Source of the DNA: an uncultured virus (IMG/VR IMGVR_UViG_3300011223_000001)
Taxonomy: Duplodnaviria > Heunggongvirae > Uroviricota > Caudoviricetes
IMG/VR virus record: IMGVR_UViG_3300011223_000001
Location: 124,001 to 188,000 of that record
Strand: one strand, 5' to 3'
DNA length: 64,000 bases
In this document: in pieces, positions 10,430 to 20,282 of the stretch
Numbering within the stretch: the first letter of the stretch is position 1
Layout: each line of letters opens with the position of its first letter
The notes under the pieces: model-generated
Databases searched by the model: none
Seen by the model: only the letters and a program-made list of their open reading frames with translations
Told to the model about the DNA's origin: nothing
Program-made: the position numbers and the translations under genes

Positions 10430-11275
10430 TTAGTTGTAGGCTTTGTAGCTGTTGTAAGCAGTCGCCAGTTTGGTGTCGTACTGATTTTCTTTGTAGGCTG
10501 ACCCGTTGTAGAGTCGAGCGAACATCGCCCAGTTTAACGCCTTAAGGGCATTCCAAAGGCCGCGTTGGCTTTTGATAAAGCGCACGAAGCATTCGAGTTG
10601 GTTAGCTTCAGAGGCCGAGACAAACCGCACGTAGTCCTGCACCGAATCAAAGCCCATAAGTTCCCAATGGAAACCCATGGTCTGGTAGGCACCCCAAGAC
10701 GCCGATTCCATGGCTGCGTCTTTGTTGATCTGCATGGCTTTGTCCATGCGTTGCCATTCACGTTCCCCGCCCAGATAACCGCCGCGCGCTGTGTTCACCA
10801 GTCCTGGGTTTTCGCGCATGGCTTTGGCAGGGTCAATGCCGTAGTCGGGAAGCGTGCGGTACATGATGTGGCGTTCATACAAAATTGCCACTTTACCGCT
10901 TGGAAGAAAGCCGGTGCCACGGGATTCAACTTCGTTGACTGCCATGACCGCGGCCGTGGGGACGCCCAGTGCTTTAGCCGCATTGACGATATCGGCTTGG
11001 CACAGGTACTTGTGGCTCTTTTCCGCTGAGCACAGCAAGCCCATGGTTTTCGGCCCTACTTTACCGTCCACCACCAAACCACGTGCGGTTTGGAAAGCGA
11101 TAACCGCATCATAGGTGCGTTGACCAAAGTCACCATCAGGAGTGCCAACGGCGTAACCTGCGTTTAGCAAATGGCGCTGTAGGTCGTTAACCGCAGCACC
11201 CCTGTCGCCACGTTTAAGGACCTGGTCTTTGAACAGGGTGATGCAACTTTCGGCGCCTTGTACTTGAGTAGTCAT
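10430..11275 (-). CDS. Modular endolysin: peptidoglycan-binding domain plus N-acetylmuramidase (DUF3380-type)
   Basis: LKRGDRGAAVNDLQ...DGDFG...FQ...GLVVDGKVGPKT (PG_binding_1); AVNEVESRG...ILYERH...SASWGAYQTMGFHW...FARLYNG (muramidase). Confidence 0.9.
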   Translation of the reverse strand: MTTQVQGAESCITLFKDQVLKRGDRGAAVNDLQRHLLNAGYAVGTPDGDFGQRTYDAVIAFQTARGLVVDGKVGPKTMGLLCSAEKSHKYLCQADIVNAAKALGVPTAAVMAVNEVESRGTGFLPSGKVAILYERHIMYRTLPDYGIDPAKAMRENPGLVNTARGGYLGGEREWQRMDKAMQINKDAAMESASWGAYQTMGFHWELMGFDSVQDYVRFVSASEANQLECFVRFIKSQRGLWNALKALNWAMFARLYNGSAYKENQYDTKLATAYNSYKAYN

Positions 11276-11295
11276 TGTGTACTTCCTTTACTGTG

Positions 11296-11847
11296 TTATT
11301 CGTCCTCCAGTAGACGCTCACGTCCGTCTTCCATCAGGCGCACAGTGCCATCTTCCAAGAGCCGGTGATTAAGCGCGTCTGGAGTTGTGTTGACGTAGAT
11401 AGAAATAAACCCGTAGTACGCATAGCTCTTGGGGAGCATGTACATCGTGTACACGGTGTTGTCTTCAGCGGTCAGGGGTTTGTTGGACACCTCCACATCG
11501 TCGTGGTTAAGGTGCATTTTGAACTTACGGTTGATCTCCGCCAAGATCTTAGCCGAAGTTATTTCACCGTCGATCTCGATGCCGATATAGGGTTCTTCGG
11601 CCAAGGTGTACTGGCGCAACACAGGGTTGATGTCCAGTCGACGGTACACGAACGGGCGCTTCTTACCAGTGCGCAAGTTCGTCATTTCGATGTACGTTCG
11701 GCCCGGTTCCTCATCGGTAGGGGCAAAGAACATATCACCAAAAATCAGGAAGTCTTTTTGGATGTCTTCGCTTGGACGCTCACGGCGGATCAGTTCAACC
11801 AAGGCGTCATAGGAAGGAAGGTCGTAGGGAAAGCGAATGTCAGCCAC
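11296..11847 (-). CDS. Hypothetical, probably virion-associated protein
   Basis: 183-aa ORF with GTG start and GAGG upstream; C-terminal repeated RLLEDG-like motif. Confidence 0.55.
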   Translation of the reverse strand: MADIRFPYDLPSYDALVELIRRERPSEDIQKDFLIFGDMFFAPTDEEPGRTYIEMTNLRTGKKRPFVYRRLDINPVLRQYTLAEEPYIGIEIDGEITSAKILAEINRKFKMHLNHDDVEVSNKPLTAEDNTVYTMYMLPKSYAYYGFISIYVNTTPDALNHRLLEDGTVRLMEDGRERLLEDE

Positions 11848-11905
11848 GGGAAAGGTCCTCGCCTAAAATATTTGGCACATACCATGAGCCGGCAAAAACC
11901 CCCGC

Positions 11906-12340
11906 CTAGGGGGCGGGGGGTAGGTCATCTGTTTTGCCAAAGAACAAACCGATAACAAAGCGAAGTAGGCTGAAGGTCTCCGTGGTGACCAACTTGAGTA
12001 CTTCTGTAAGCTCTGGGCTTATTGTTGCATCACTGTAAGCCACCGCCATGGCTCCAATGACCACCACCACCGCAAGCAGACCCGAGCCCAGCAGTACAAT
12101 TTGCTTATACAGGTCAGTGCTACGAACAACCCCCAGTTGATGCTCCAACAGCTGCAAGCGTTTAGCCTCATTTGGAATCTTGTAAACCTGGCTCAACACA
12201 ATGTAGCCTGGGGTGTCCTTTGTGATGGTGCTCCCCTTCTTGCCCATTTGGGCCAACACCAGTGCTCGAATAGCGGCCGAGAACGGGCTAGTACCCAGTG
12301 GCTTATCGCCGAGGGAGATCAGTGCCTCCTGTAGCGTCAT
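11906..12340 (-). CDS. Membrane protein, holin candidate
   Basis: ATG at 12340 with GGAG RBS; hydrophobic segment IVLLGSGLLAVVVVIGAMAVAY and a second FSLLRFVIGLFF; lies between spanins and endolysin. Confidence 0.45.
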   Translation of the reverse strand: MTLQEALISLGDKPLGTSPFSAAIRALVLAQMGKKGSTITKDTPGYIVLSQVYKIPNEAKRLQLLEHQLGVVRSTDLYKQIVLLGSGLLAVVVVIGAMAVAYSDATISPELTEVLKLVTTETFSLLRFVIGLFFGKTDDLPPAP

Positions 12341-12725
12341 GATATTTCTCCAGCGTGGCCTTCTGTTCATCGTACCAGCCGTTCAGTGCTTTGATTTTGT
12401 CATTGCACAGTCCCACCTGGAGTGTTTGCTTGTCCCACTCCTCCTTCATCAGGAGGAACATCGCTTCCCATTCAGACTTCGCTTTAGGGTAACGAATGTA
12501 CGCCGTGAGGATGTCCGTTTCACTGGGCGGTGGGTTGGGTTTGCACTCCATGCGCATCACTAATGGGGGGACACGTAGCTCGATCGTGGTACGCTCGACA
12601 GTACGTACGCTGCATCCCTGCAACCAGCACAGCGATAGCAGCAGGATCAGGCCCATCAGCCACAGCAGCCACCTTGGGTGCCGCGGGCGCGGTTGGTTTA
12701 GGTCGGCTGGTAGTACGAACGGCAT
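12303..12725 (-). CDS. Rz1: o-spanin-like outer-membrane lipoprotein
   Basis: ATG at 12725 with AAGGAG RBS; signal RWLLWLMGLILLLSLCWLQG|C with lipobox; Pro-rich CKPNPPP; 5' half overlaps the i-spanin in another frame. Confidence 0.75.
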   Translation of the reverse strand: MPFVLPADLNQPRPRHPRWLLWLMGLILLLSLCWLQGCSVRTVERTTIELRVPPLVMRMECKPNPPPSETDILTAYIRYPKAKSEWEAMFLLMKEEWDKQTLQVGLCNDKIKALNGWYDEQKATLEKYHDATGGTDLPRR

Positions 12726-13068
12726 CGGGCTTCTCCTTGGGTGTGTTGGCAATTGGGGTGTTGGCATCGCGTGTAGCGAAATAAGCCTCGAGGTCTTGAG
12801 CCTGATAGACAGGTGCCTCGTTAAGCTTGAGTTCGCGTTCGAAGGTGTAATCGAACACGAGTTGGTCAGTCACGGCCGCGGCTTTCTTTTCCACGAGCAA
12901 AAAGCGCGACAGGTCCTCGGCCTGTTTGGTTAGCTGTTTGTTGTCCTCTTCCATGCGCCCGTGTCGTGTGAAAAACACCGCAGCGATAATCAGTGCCCCA
13001 ATTACACTGATTATTCCCACCCATTCAAACCAAGGAAGTTTTCCTAAAACTTTAAACATACTATTCAT
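12520..13068 (-). CDS. Rz: i-spanin-like inner-membrane protein
   Basis: ATG at 13068 with GAGG RBS; single N-terminal TM (WVGIISVIGALIIAAVFF), coiled coil, Pro-rich linker, C-terminal cysteines. Confidence 0.7.
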   Translation of the reverse strand: MNSMFKVLGKLPWFEWVGIISVIGALIIAAVFFTRHGRMEEDNKQLTKQAEDLSRFLLVEKKAAAVTDQLVFDYTFERELKLNEAPVYQAQDLEAYFATRDANTPIANTPKEKPDAVRTTSRPKPTAPAAPKVAAVADGPDPAAIAVLVAGMQRTYCRAYHDRATCPPISDAHGVQTQPTAQ

Positions 13069-13102
13069 GCCTCGGGGTATCAATGCGCCACTAGGGCTTA
13101 GC

Positions 13103-13690
13103 TCAACCACAGGGTGGTGTAAACCCTTCTAGGTGCAATTGCTGCATCAAGTGTAGGCCTACCGCCACGGCATCGACGCTGTGCTCATCGAGAGCCTCAA
13201 GGTCAACACCCCATCGGATTTCGGTGCGTTTTTTAAGGGCGCGGGTAACGTCCATTTTGTCTTTGAACTTACCCACTACCCCGGCTGCTTTTTTAGCCGT
13301 CATCGGATCGACTTGCAACAGGGGCATCGTTGGGTCGTATCGGTACAACACGTTGCGAATAACCGCCACACATTCCACCAAGGTCGCGTACGCATCGGCA
13401 AAGCGACCCTTGTAGTTCGATTCGCATATCACCAAATGAGGTTGGAAGTCCTCAAAGATTTCACTCAACGTGTCATCAAGGTGATAAAGACGGGCGATCC
13501 GATCGGTACCCATCTCGCGAACTTTGCTGTAGCGCTTATCGCTATCGGGAAACTTCAACGTGAACGCTGTCTTAAGGTCAAATTGAGGTGACTCGAAATC
13601 CCAGTACCACTGGGCAATACCCGTGTTGTAACTGCCAGGGTCTATGGACAAGACCCGCAGTGGCTCGTTACTGACCGGGAGCGTGAACAT
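13103..13690 (-). CDS. ruvC: RuvC-like Holliday junction resolvase
   Basis: VLSIDPG, LVICES, PMTAKKAAG and DEHSVDAVAVG match the RuvC catalytic pattern. Confidence 0.85.
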   Translation of the reverse strand: MFTLPVSNEPLRVLSIDPGSYNTGIAQWYWDFESPQFDLKTAFTLKFPDSDKRYSKVREMGTDRIARLYHLDDTLSEIFEDFQPHLVICESNYKGRFADAYATLVECVAVIRNVLYRYDPTMPLLQVDPMTAKKAAGVVGKFKDKMDVTRALKKRTEIRWGVDLEALDEHSVDAVAVGLHLMQQLHLEGFTPPCG

Positions 13691-14580
13691 CAGCTCAGCC
13701 AGGTCGCGCCGTTGAGGGTGTTCTGACCCAGCAGTGGTTCGGTGTTACCCACATCGAAGGCCAAGGTTGCCCCGTTGCTGGAATACCCGATGGCATGGTG
13801 GGTGGAGATGATCACGTTCAGTTGCGCGGCGATCACTTCGTTGAACAGGAAGCTACCGGCACCGCCGTTACTGGCTTGAACGTTGCGATCGACCCCGGAA
13901 GTAAAGCCCAGTTCGGAAATCACCGGCGAGCGCGATGAGCCGGTACGCACACGGTGGGCGTTGAGGATCTCCGCGATTTGGTTTTCAGTCAGGCGGATGC
14001 TGACAATTGCCGAGGCCGAGATGCTGGTCTCCGAACCGAGCACCACACCGCTGTTGGAGATCTCGGGGACCGGTGGGTTCAGGCGACTCGAGTCCGGTAC
14101 GAACGGATCGACCTTGACTTCGCCGTCAACCGTCGTCAGGGACTGAAGGGTTGTTTTGACCGCGGTGTAGTCCAGGCGCAGGGCGTAGTAGGCAATCTTG
14201 TTGACGCCGTTGTGTGGTTCGATCCGGCGCAGGGCGTATTGCTTGCGCAGTTCAGCCGGCAGGTCGTTGTCCAGGTCACGGATCACGATCGGGATCAGGC
14301 CGTAAAGACCGGCGTGTGAGGCGTCGTGCGGCACGGGTACGATTTCTTCAGAACCATCGTCAGCAACAATGGTCTTATGCCCGCGGTTACCAAAGACCAA
14401 ATACTTCATCTTCGGAATTTCACCGGCCGATGGCGCCACCCCGGCTTGAATACCCAGGCGTTCGTTCAAGGTGGTGTTTGCGATCAGGCTAAACGGCAAA
14501 CCCAGTTTCAAGCAGGTCTGCAAATACGCGCCATATGCCGTGCGGCAGACGTGGATGATCTGGTTGTCTACAGAAGACAT
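13690..14580 (-). CDS. Virion structural protein (phiKZ gp139-like, probably baseplate)
   Basis: 296 aa; NTTLNERLGI...YLVFGNRGH...IPIVIRDLDNDL...AYYA motifs recalled from conserved phiKZ-like virion proteins. Confidence 0.55.
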   Translation of the reverse strand: MSSVDNQIIHVCRTAYGAYLQTCLKLGLPFSLIANTTLNERLGIQAGVAPSAGEIPKMKYLVFGNRGHKTIVADDGSEEIVPVPHDASHAGLYGLIPIVIRDLDNDLPAELRKQYALRRIEPHNGVNKIAYYALRLDYTAVKTTLQSLTTVDGEVKVDPFVPDSSRLNPPVPEISNSGVVLGSETSISASAIVSIRLTENQIAEILNAHRVRTGSSRSPVISELGFTSGVDRNVQASNGGAGSFLFNEVIAAQLNVIISTHHAIGYSSNGATLAFDVGNTEPLLGQNTLNGATWLS

Positions 14581-14679
14581 GTTCCTCTCCTCAGATGGTC
14601 ATGAGCCAATTGCTTCTGTATGATTGTGCAGTGAAGACATAAAACCCGCCCTTGTGGGCGGGCTTATGCCGGGTGCTTA

Positions 14680-15240
14680 TTACGCCGGGTCGCCTGAACC
14701 TGGTCTGGCGTTACGTACCCGCTCTTGCTCAGCGTACTGCTCGTTGCTGACGTAGGTTACGTTAGGGTCAGCCATCAAAGCGGCTTTATTGGTACGACCC
14801 CGCTGACGTTCGGTGGTGATTGTCGTGCGCATTTCGTCCAGCGCGTTCTTAGCCCTGGTAAAGGTAGCGTTGGTTGAACCCCCTTGCCAGAACATCCGGT
14901 CGGCCATGACTTGCACCATCTGCGTCAAGATGTTGAGTTGGTCGGTGAGTGGATACTGACTGGTGATGGCTTGGTGCGTGCCGTCGTCCACGTCAAACTC
15001 ATAGACAGTGTGTTTGGAGAGGTCCCGTTTCTGAACCTTGTGGTTGGGGTAAAAACCCACCACCTCATCGGTGTCGGCGTTAAACACCTCCACGGTCTCG
15101 TACACGTAGTGCTCGTTGTTAAGGGTCGTCGGGTCAACCCAACCCAGGGTTGCCGTGTGGGCCCCATTGTGCTTGTTAAATTGCAGCAACACTTTGCAAT
15201 TGGAAAGCTTAGCGAGCGCCAGGTCGAAGAGTGGGTTCAT
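14680..15240 (-). CDS. Hypothetical protein, possibly fibre chaperone
   Basis: ATG at 15240 follows the stop of the last fibre paralog; 186 aa. Confidence 0.5.
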   Translation of the reverse strand: MNPLFDLALAKLSNCKVLLQFNKHNGAHTATLGWVDPTTLNNEHYVYETVEVFNADTDEVVGFYPNHKVQKRDLSKHTVYEFDVDDGTHQAITSQYPLTDQLNILTQMVQVMADRMFWQGGSTNATFTRAKNALDEMRTTITTERQRGRTNKAALMADPNVTYVSNEQYAEQERVRNARPGSGDPA

Positions 15241-15254
15241 AGGGGTACCTTGTG

Positions 15255-16598
15255 TTAAACGATCCAAGCCTCCCAGCCAGCAGCAGTGCGGATCAGGAAC
15301 TTGGCTTCAGACATTGTCCATTGAGTGATGCCTTGCGTGTTACGTCGCCCCGTGAAGACTGCCTTCGTCCCAACAGGGTATTGCGCAAGGTTACCGTAGT
15401 TTGCATTCAGGTAATTGATCGCAAATGTAGTTGTATACCGCGCATTAGCCAGACGCACGTAAACAACAGCCTTACGGTCAAACAATTTGTCGGTTTGTTT
15501 GATGAGGTCGATCCAGTCTTTCCAGGAACCGTCCCCCATCAGCGCTTTGGTGGAATCCCCACCCGCTTGGCCCATCATCGAGGTAGGGAACAACCCGGAC
15601 GTCACTGAACTGCCGTTGAGGTTAGCCGTGCTGTAGGTTTTCCAACCGGCAATGTCGTAACCAAAGATCAGGCTGCTGTTGTTTGCTATACCGTCCACCG
15701 GGAGGTACTTCTCAAGGCGTGTGTTGATTTCAACGGTGGTGTAGACACCCACGTCCTGCGCCCGGATTTGGTGTGGGTTATCACGCCGTGTGGTGTGTGC
15801 ACGCAGGGCATCTCCTAACACTTTGTTCATGGCCGCCGCACCCGCTTCAGGGGTGGCGTAGTACATGTCCAGTGTCGAGTCTAGCCCGTCAGCTGCGCGC
15901 GCCATGCGCCAGTTGTTCATGAGACTAAGGCCTAAGGCGTCCTTGGTTTCAGCATGGGGACGGTTGAAGTCGTTAACGTGAGCGGTCAATACATCGTCTT
16001 CACCGGCCATGCGTTGTACCGCCTGTTGGTAGTGGGCACTGGCGTAATCACGCAGCTCCTGCACCACCCCACTGTCGCGGCTGTCCAGGACACCACGCAA
16101 GCGCTGCAACACAGTCACGGTGTTTTCAGCGCCGTATAACTGCCAGTATTCATCCATGTGCGGCAGGGGGTTAAACGCTTTCGGTTTGTCGATGATGTCT
16201 TCGTAGTTGACCCGGTAGTTACTCGAGTCGAACGAGGCAATCAACGCCGCCAACTCATCAACGTTGATGCCGTAGTTACCACCGACGGCAGCGTAACTAA
16301 AGGTGAGTGTGTTGCTGACCGCAGCATTGATGATGACGATAAAAGCGTAGGCCGGTTTGCTCGTCAACATGCTAAGGTCGCGGTACAGGTACGTGGTGGT
16401 GTAATCTTTACCGTGCACCAAGCGTTTGGTACCGTCGAGCACAACGAGGCTCTCGTCATTGTAGAACGCACCAAACTTTGGGATCAGCACCCGGTGCGGC
16501 TGATTGTCCACGCGCACCAGCGTACGAACTTCGCGGGTGATGCGGTTGCTGGACAAGGTGCCTTTAAGGTCTAAAGGCAACAGGGTTAGCGAAGGCAT
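15255..16598 (-). CDS. Tail fibre/baseplate protein with H-x-x-x-x-x-NPH repeats (phiKZ gp145/146-like)
   Basis: LPLDLKGTLSSN start; HVNDFNRPH and HTTRRDNPH repeats. Confidence 0.65.
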   Translation of the reverse strand: MPSLTLLPLDLKGTLSSNRITREVRTLVRVDNQPHRVLIPKFGAFYNDESLVVLDGTKRLVHGKDYTTTYLYRDLSMLTSKPAYAFIVIINAAVSNTLTFSYAAVGGNYGINVDELAALIASFDSSNYRVNYEDIIDKPKAFNPLPHMDEYWQLYGAENTVTVLQRLRGVLDSRDSGVVQELRDYASAHYQQAVQRMAGEDDVLTAHVNDFNRPHAETKDALGLSLMNNWRMARAADGLDSTLDMYYATPEAGAAAMNKVLGDALRAHTTRRDNPHQIRAQDVGVYTTVEINTRLEKYLPVDGIANNSSLIFGYDIAGWKTYSTANLNGSSVTSGLFPTSMMGQAGGDSTKALMGDGSWKDWIDLIKQTDKLFDRKAVVYVRLANARYTTTFAINYLNANYGNLAQYPVGTKAVFTGRRNTQGITQWTMSEAKFLIRTAAGWEAWIV

Positions 16599-16608
16599 GC
16601 TGCGCTCC

Positions 16609-18498
16609 TTAGAGTAGGGTCCATTCGGTGTCGCTGAGTTTTACCCAGCAGTCAAGACGTTGTGCATCACGCGTCTCTGTGCGAGAACCGCGTACCCACG
16701 AGCCGGTGTAACGAGTCATCACGAACGCCAGCGTACCGGCAGGGTACAGCCGTAAGTCGTTGTAGGTGTTTTGCAACGTAGTGAGGATGTTGGTGCCGTC
16801 AGCGTTGATCAGGTACACCAGCTTGGTGCCCTTCTGTGCGTAGATAAGCATGGCATCACGCATGTTGATGGTCATGTTGTTACCCACAACGATCTGATCG
16901 CTGCTCAAACCACTGCCAGCGGTAATGTCGTTACCATAGACCTTGGACGATACGTAACCGATGGTCAGGTCACTGACAATCTTGGTGTCCCGGCTACCCA
17001 CGTTCTCATTGAATACCCAGGCTTTAACTTCACCGTTGGCCTTTTCAATACGCACGTTACGCACATACGCCGAATAAGTACCCAGACCGTCGTTCTCAAT
17101 ACCCAGGTTCCACTTGTAGAGCGTTCTGCCCGCAGCGCGCGTCAGATCGATGATACGGGTGTACCAGCGCCGACTGGCGTACTTCGGAATCTCAGGTGCG
17201 GCCGGATGTTGGATGATACCGTTTTGGTCTGTGAGGAAGGGGTTATAGAAACGCAGTGCATCGCGCATCACCTCAGGTCCCCACTGGGCGTCGATACCGG
17301 CAAACACCCCTTGGTCACACCAGAGGTCGTACACCAACTTATCGCCTGAGGCAATTGGTACCGACACGAAGGAGAAGGGCTCGTAGATGTACGAGTTACC
17401 ATCGGGTGGGTTGGAGATACAACTACCGGTAAGCTTGAAGCAGTAACCCCCTGGCCAAGCCCCGTTCACCAAGCGGCGCATGTCCACGATACCTTCGGTG
17501 ATTTGGTTGGCACTAAGCCCCGCGCGGCTGTACGTGTACAGGCTGTTCCAATCGTAACCCAGTACTTTACGGGTAGTTTTGACACGTCCGCTTTTGTTAA
17601 GCCGCAGGGTAGCCGCCGCGTCGAACTCCGCTTTACTCAGCGTCCCGATTTGAGCGCCAGTTACCTTGTGGGGGTTGTTGTCGTCGTTGACATGATTGTT
17701 GATCTCGTCCGTGATACCCACCTGCAACATCTGCCGGTAGCGCCCTACGGTCAAGTAACGTTGGGGTGAGTTAAAGCCAGGGGTGTTGGCTTCAGCTTCG
17801 GTGATGATGGGGTAGTTCGCCAGATCCGACAAACCGATTTGTGCCGGGGTGACTCGGTGGGGGTTACTGGCCCGCAAGTGGTCATCCAGACCGCCTAAGG
17901 AGCTGTTAAGCTCACGCAGCAGATCGTCGATGCGTTTGTTGAAGTCGTCGAGGATGTCGTTGTATTTGCGCGCAGAACCCGCAAGACGAGCCATACGGAT
18001 ACGGTCAATGGCAGCGCACTGCCCTTGGAAGCCGTAAAGTTCCCACATGGCATGCAGGTGACCGCCTACCTCAAACGCATCCGGTTTGTTGGTAATGTCC
18101 TTGTAAATCGGGTTACGGTTGTTTACCGTACCGGCGCTGATGTTAGCCAGCGCTGGGGTGACGTCACAATAGATACCCCCCACCATCGAAGCGGTAACGT
18201 AAACCTGGTCAAACACCCGCGGGTTCAGAATAACCACCACCGAGCAGACTTCAAAACCCGTCAGCTTCATCGCTTCGGCTGAAGCACCGACACACTGGTA
18301 ATCAACTTCCTGTGTCAGCTTGAAACCCATGGAGTCTTCGATCTCCATTTCGTGGGTGTAGAAGTACCCGTGGTCGAGCACCAGCACCCGGTAAGGCAGG
18401 TTGGCCTGATCACTTAGGTCATGGTACTCTCGCAGCATGCGGTTGCGAGGCAACGTGCGCGTGGCGTCAAAGGGTAGCGCATAAATGGCCGGAGTCAT
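16609..18498 (-). CDS. Tail fibre/baseplate protein with NPH repeats and an inserted CBM-like domain
   Basis: ATG at 18498 with AAGG RBS; HLRASNPHRVT and HVNDDNNPHKVT repeats; about 175 aa extra relative to paralogs. Confidence 0.65.
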   Translation of the reverse strand: MTPAIYALPFDATRTLPRNRMLREYHDLSDQANLPYRVLVLDHGYFYTHEMEIEDSMGFKLTQEVDYQCVGASAEAMKLTGFEVCSVVVILNPRVFDQVYVTASMVGGIYCDVTPALANISAGTVNNRNPIYKDITNKPDAFEVGGHLHAMWELYGFQGQCAAIDRIRMARLAGSARKYNDILDDFNKRIDDLLRELNSSLGGLDDHLRASNPHRVTPAQIGLSDLANYPIITEAEANTPGFNSPQRYLTVGRYRQMLQVGITDEINNHVNDDNNPHKVTGAQIGTLSKAEFDAAATLRLNKSGRVKTTRKVLGYDWNSLYTYSRAGLSANQITEGIVDMRRLVNGAWPGGYCFKLTGSCISNPPDGNSYIYEPFSFVSVPIASGDKLVYDLWCDQGVFAGIDAQWGPEVMRDALRFYNPFLTDQNGIIQHPAAPEIPKYASRRWYTRIIDLTRAAGRTLYKWNLGIENDGLGTYSAYVRNVRIEKANGEVKAWVFNENVGSRDTKIVSDLTIGYVSSKVYGNDITAGSGLSSDQIVVGNNMTINMRDAMLIYAQKGTKLVYLINADGTNILTTLQNTYNDLRLYPAGTLAFVMTRYTGSWVRGSRTETRDAQRLDCWVKLSDTEWTLL

Positions 18499-18509
18499 GG
18501 GTTTACCTT

Positions 18510-19889
18510 TTAAGTAAGTACAAACCAACCGCTGGCGCTGCGAATGGCCGCGCGGAAAGGCGTGTATGAATTGTCGGTCCATACCCCGTTGGAATAGACC
18601 CGCGTTTCAACCGCCGTAATTTGGAAGATCACCACGGTACCGGTAGGGTAGGCTTCAAGGTTGGTGTAAGTGGATTTGATTGCGGCCAGCCCGGCGGTAG
18701 CATTAGCAAACTCACCTGCCCAGTAGATGTCATTACCCATACCCAACGAGTATTTCTTGTACAGGTCAGCGAATTCAATCCACTCCCCCGTAGCGAGCAG
18801 CACCGATGTTTTCGTCGGCGTCCCGCGACCCATCCGTTCAGGCGCAATACGGCCTGTTGTGAACGCGGAGGTAGGTAGGTTACTGCGGATTTCGCTATAC
18901 ATCTCTGCGGCGCTCAGAGAGCGTGCTGGGGTGGGTTGAGACACGGTACCACCGAGCATCCCTCCCGCATCCGCCGCTGTCCCATCAAGCGGCAGCTTTT
19001 TGTCTAACGCAGAATCGATTTGTTGCTTGGTGTACAATCCCAAACTTTCAGCCGTTGGGTTATGCGCTGTGTGCAGAACTTTGATGTGATCATCCAGGTT
19101 AATACTGCCAAACTGATCGAGCATCGCGTAGATACCCTTGACCGTCAGGTAGTGGGTCAAGCTGCTACCCGCACGTGCGATGGCTTCGGTTGCCACGGGG
19201 TAGTTCACAACTTGGTCCAACCCGATGTCGTCTTTACTCAGGTTGTGCGGGTTGTTGTGGTCGTTGATGTGGAGAAGCACCTGCCCTTGGAAACGGCTGA
19301 TGAAATCGTTGAAGCGGTCTTTGATTGCCTTGCGGACCTGATCTTCGATGTCACCGTTACCGGCGGTGATCGCCATGGTCAACTGCTCGATGGAGGCATT
19401 GAGGTAACCGTAGTGGTGTTTCTCCCAATGGTCTTCTTGCAGCTCACCGGCTTGCCATTGTGGCTCGTCACCGATATAACCGGCCCACGTAGGGAGAGCG
19501 CCATTGGCCAACCCTTCGAGGTAGGCAATGGTGTCGTCTTCAACGGTTTGGCTAAAGGCAAAATCAGACCCCACCATCTGGCCGTCGAGCAGCACATAGT
19601 CAGTCAGTGCGGCGTTAAGCAACACCACGGCGCTGCAAATCTCGATACCGGTGTAGCTACTGGCATCGACGTGCTTGTAGGTGGCGACGTAGTCTTTGTT
19701 GGCAACCAAGGGTTTGAAGTTCTTGTCGTACACCTTAAGGCTTGGGGTGTAGAATCCACCTTGGGTAAAAGAAACCACCCGGTAAGGGGTGTTCCCGCGG
19801 CTTAACAGCAAGCGTTTCTCACCGGCCACCAGATTGGACGGGTTGGTCCCGGTGAGGTCGAGCGGGTAAATGGAGGTGATACTGGGCAT
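18510..19889 (-). CDS. Tail fibre/baseplate protein with NPH repeats
   Basis: ATG at 19889 with GGAG RBS; YPLDLTGTNPSN start; HINDHNNPH repeat. Confidence 0.65.
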   Translation of the reverse strand: MPSITSIYPLDLTGTNPSNLVAGEKRLLLSRGNTPYRVVSFTQGGFYTPSLKVYDKNFKPLVANKDYVATYKHVDASSYTGIEICSAVVLLNAALTDYVLLDGQMVGSDFAFSQTVEDDTIAYLEGLANGALPTWAGYIGDEPQWQAGELQEDHWEKHHYGYLNASIEQLTMAITAGNGDIEDQVRKAIKDRFNDFISRFQGQVLLHINDHNNPHNLSKDDIGLDQVVNYPVATEAIARAGSSLTHYLTVKGIYAMLDQFGSINLDDHIKVLHTAHNPTAESLGLYTKQQIDSALDKKLPLDGTAADAGGMLGGTVSQPTPARSLSAAEMYSEIRSNLPTSAFTTGRIAPERMGRGTPTKTSVLLATGEWIEFADLYKKYSLGMGNDIYWAGEFANATAGLAAIKSTYTNLEAYPTGTVVIFQITAVETRVYSNGVWTDNSYTPFRAAIRSASGWFVLT

Positions 19890-19961
19890 GATGCGCTCCA
19901 CGGGTGATCGAAAATAAAGTGAGTAGACATGGCGCCGAAGCAACCATGTCTACTCAAGGGG

Positions 19962-20282
19962 TTAGGCGTCTAGATCAGCGATAACCGCATCACACACCGC
20001 GCTGAGTGGGTCGTAGATCGAGGCAGCAGCGTAATCGTCCGTACGACGCGGTGACATCACCGTGTTGTTGTTTACGCCCGCACTTGCTTGCTCCGGCGTA
20101 GCGGGTGCTTGGTTTTGTACTTTACTCAACCCCACATCGGTCTTATCGACCCGGTGTGGGTTATCCACGTTAAGCACATGACCTTTAACCGCGGTGTACA
20201 GCACGTCAAGCTTGCCTTTGACGCCGGAGCTGAACGCGTTGATTCGCCCCACTACTTCAGCCAGCGAATCAAGCATGCTCAT
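19962..20282 (-). CDS. Small NPH-repeat virion protein
   Basis: HVLNVDNPHRVDKTDVGLSKVQN; GAGGAGG RBS. Confidence 0.65.
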   Translation of the reverse strand: MSMLDSLAEVVGRINAFSSGVKGKLDVLYTAVKGHVLNVDNPHRVDKTDVGLSKVQNQAPATPEQASAGVNNNTVMSPRRTDDYAAASIYDPLSAVCDAVIADLDA

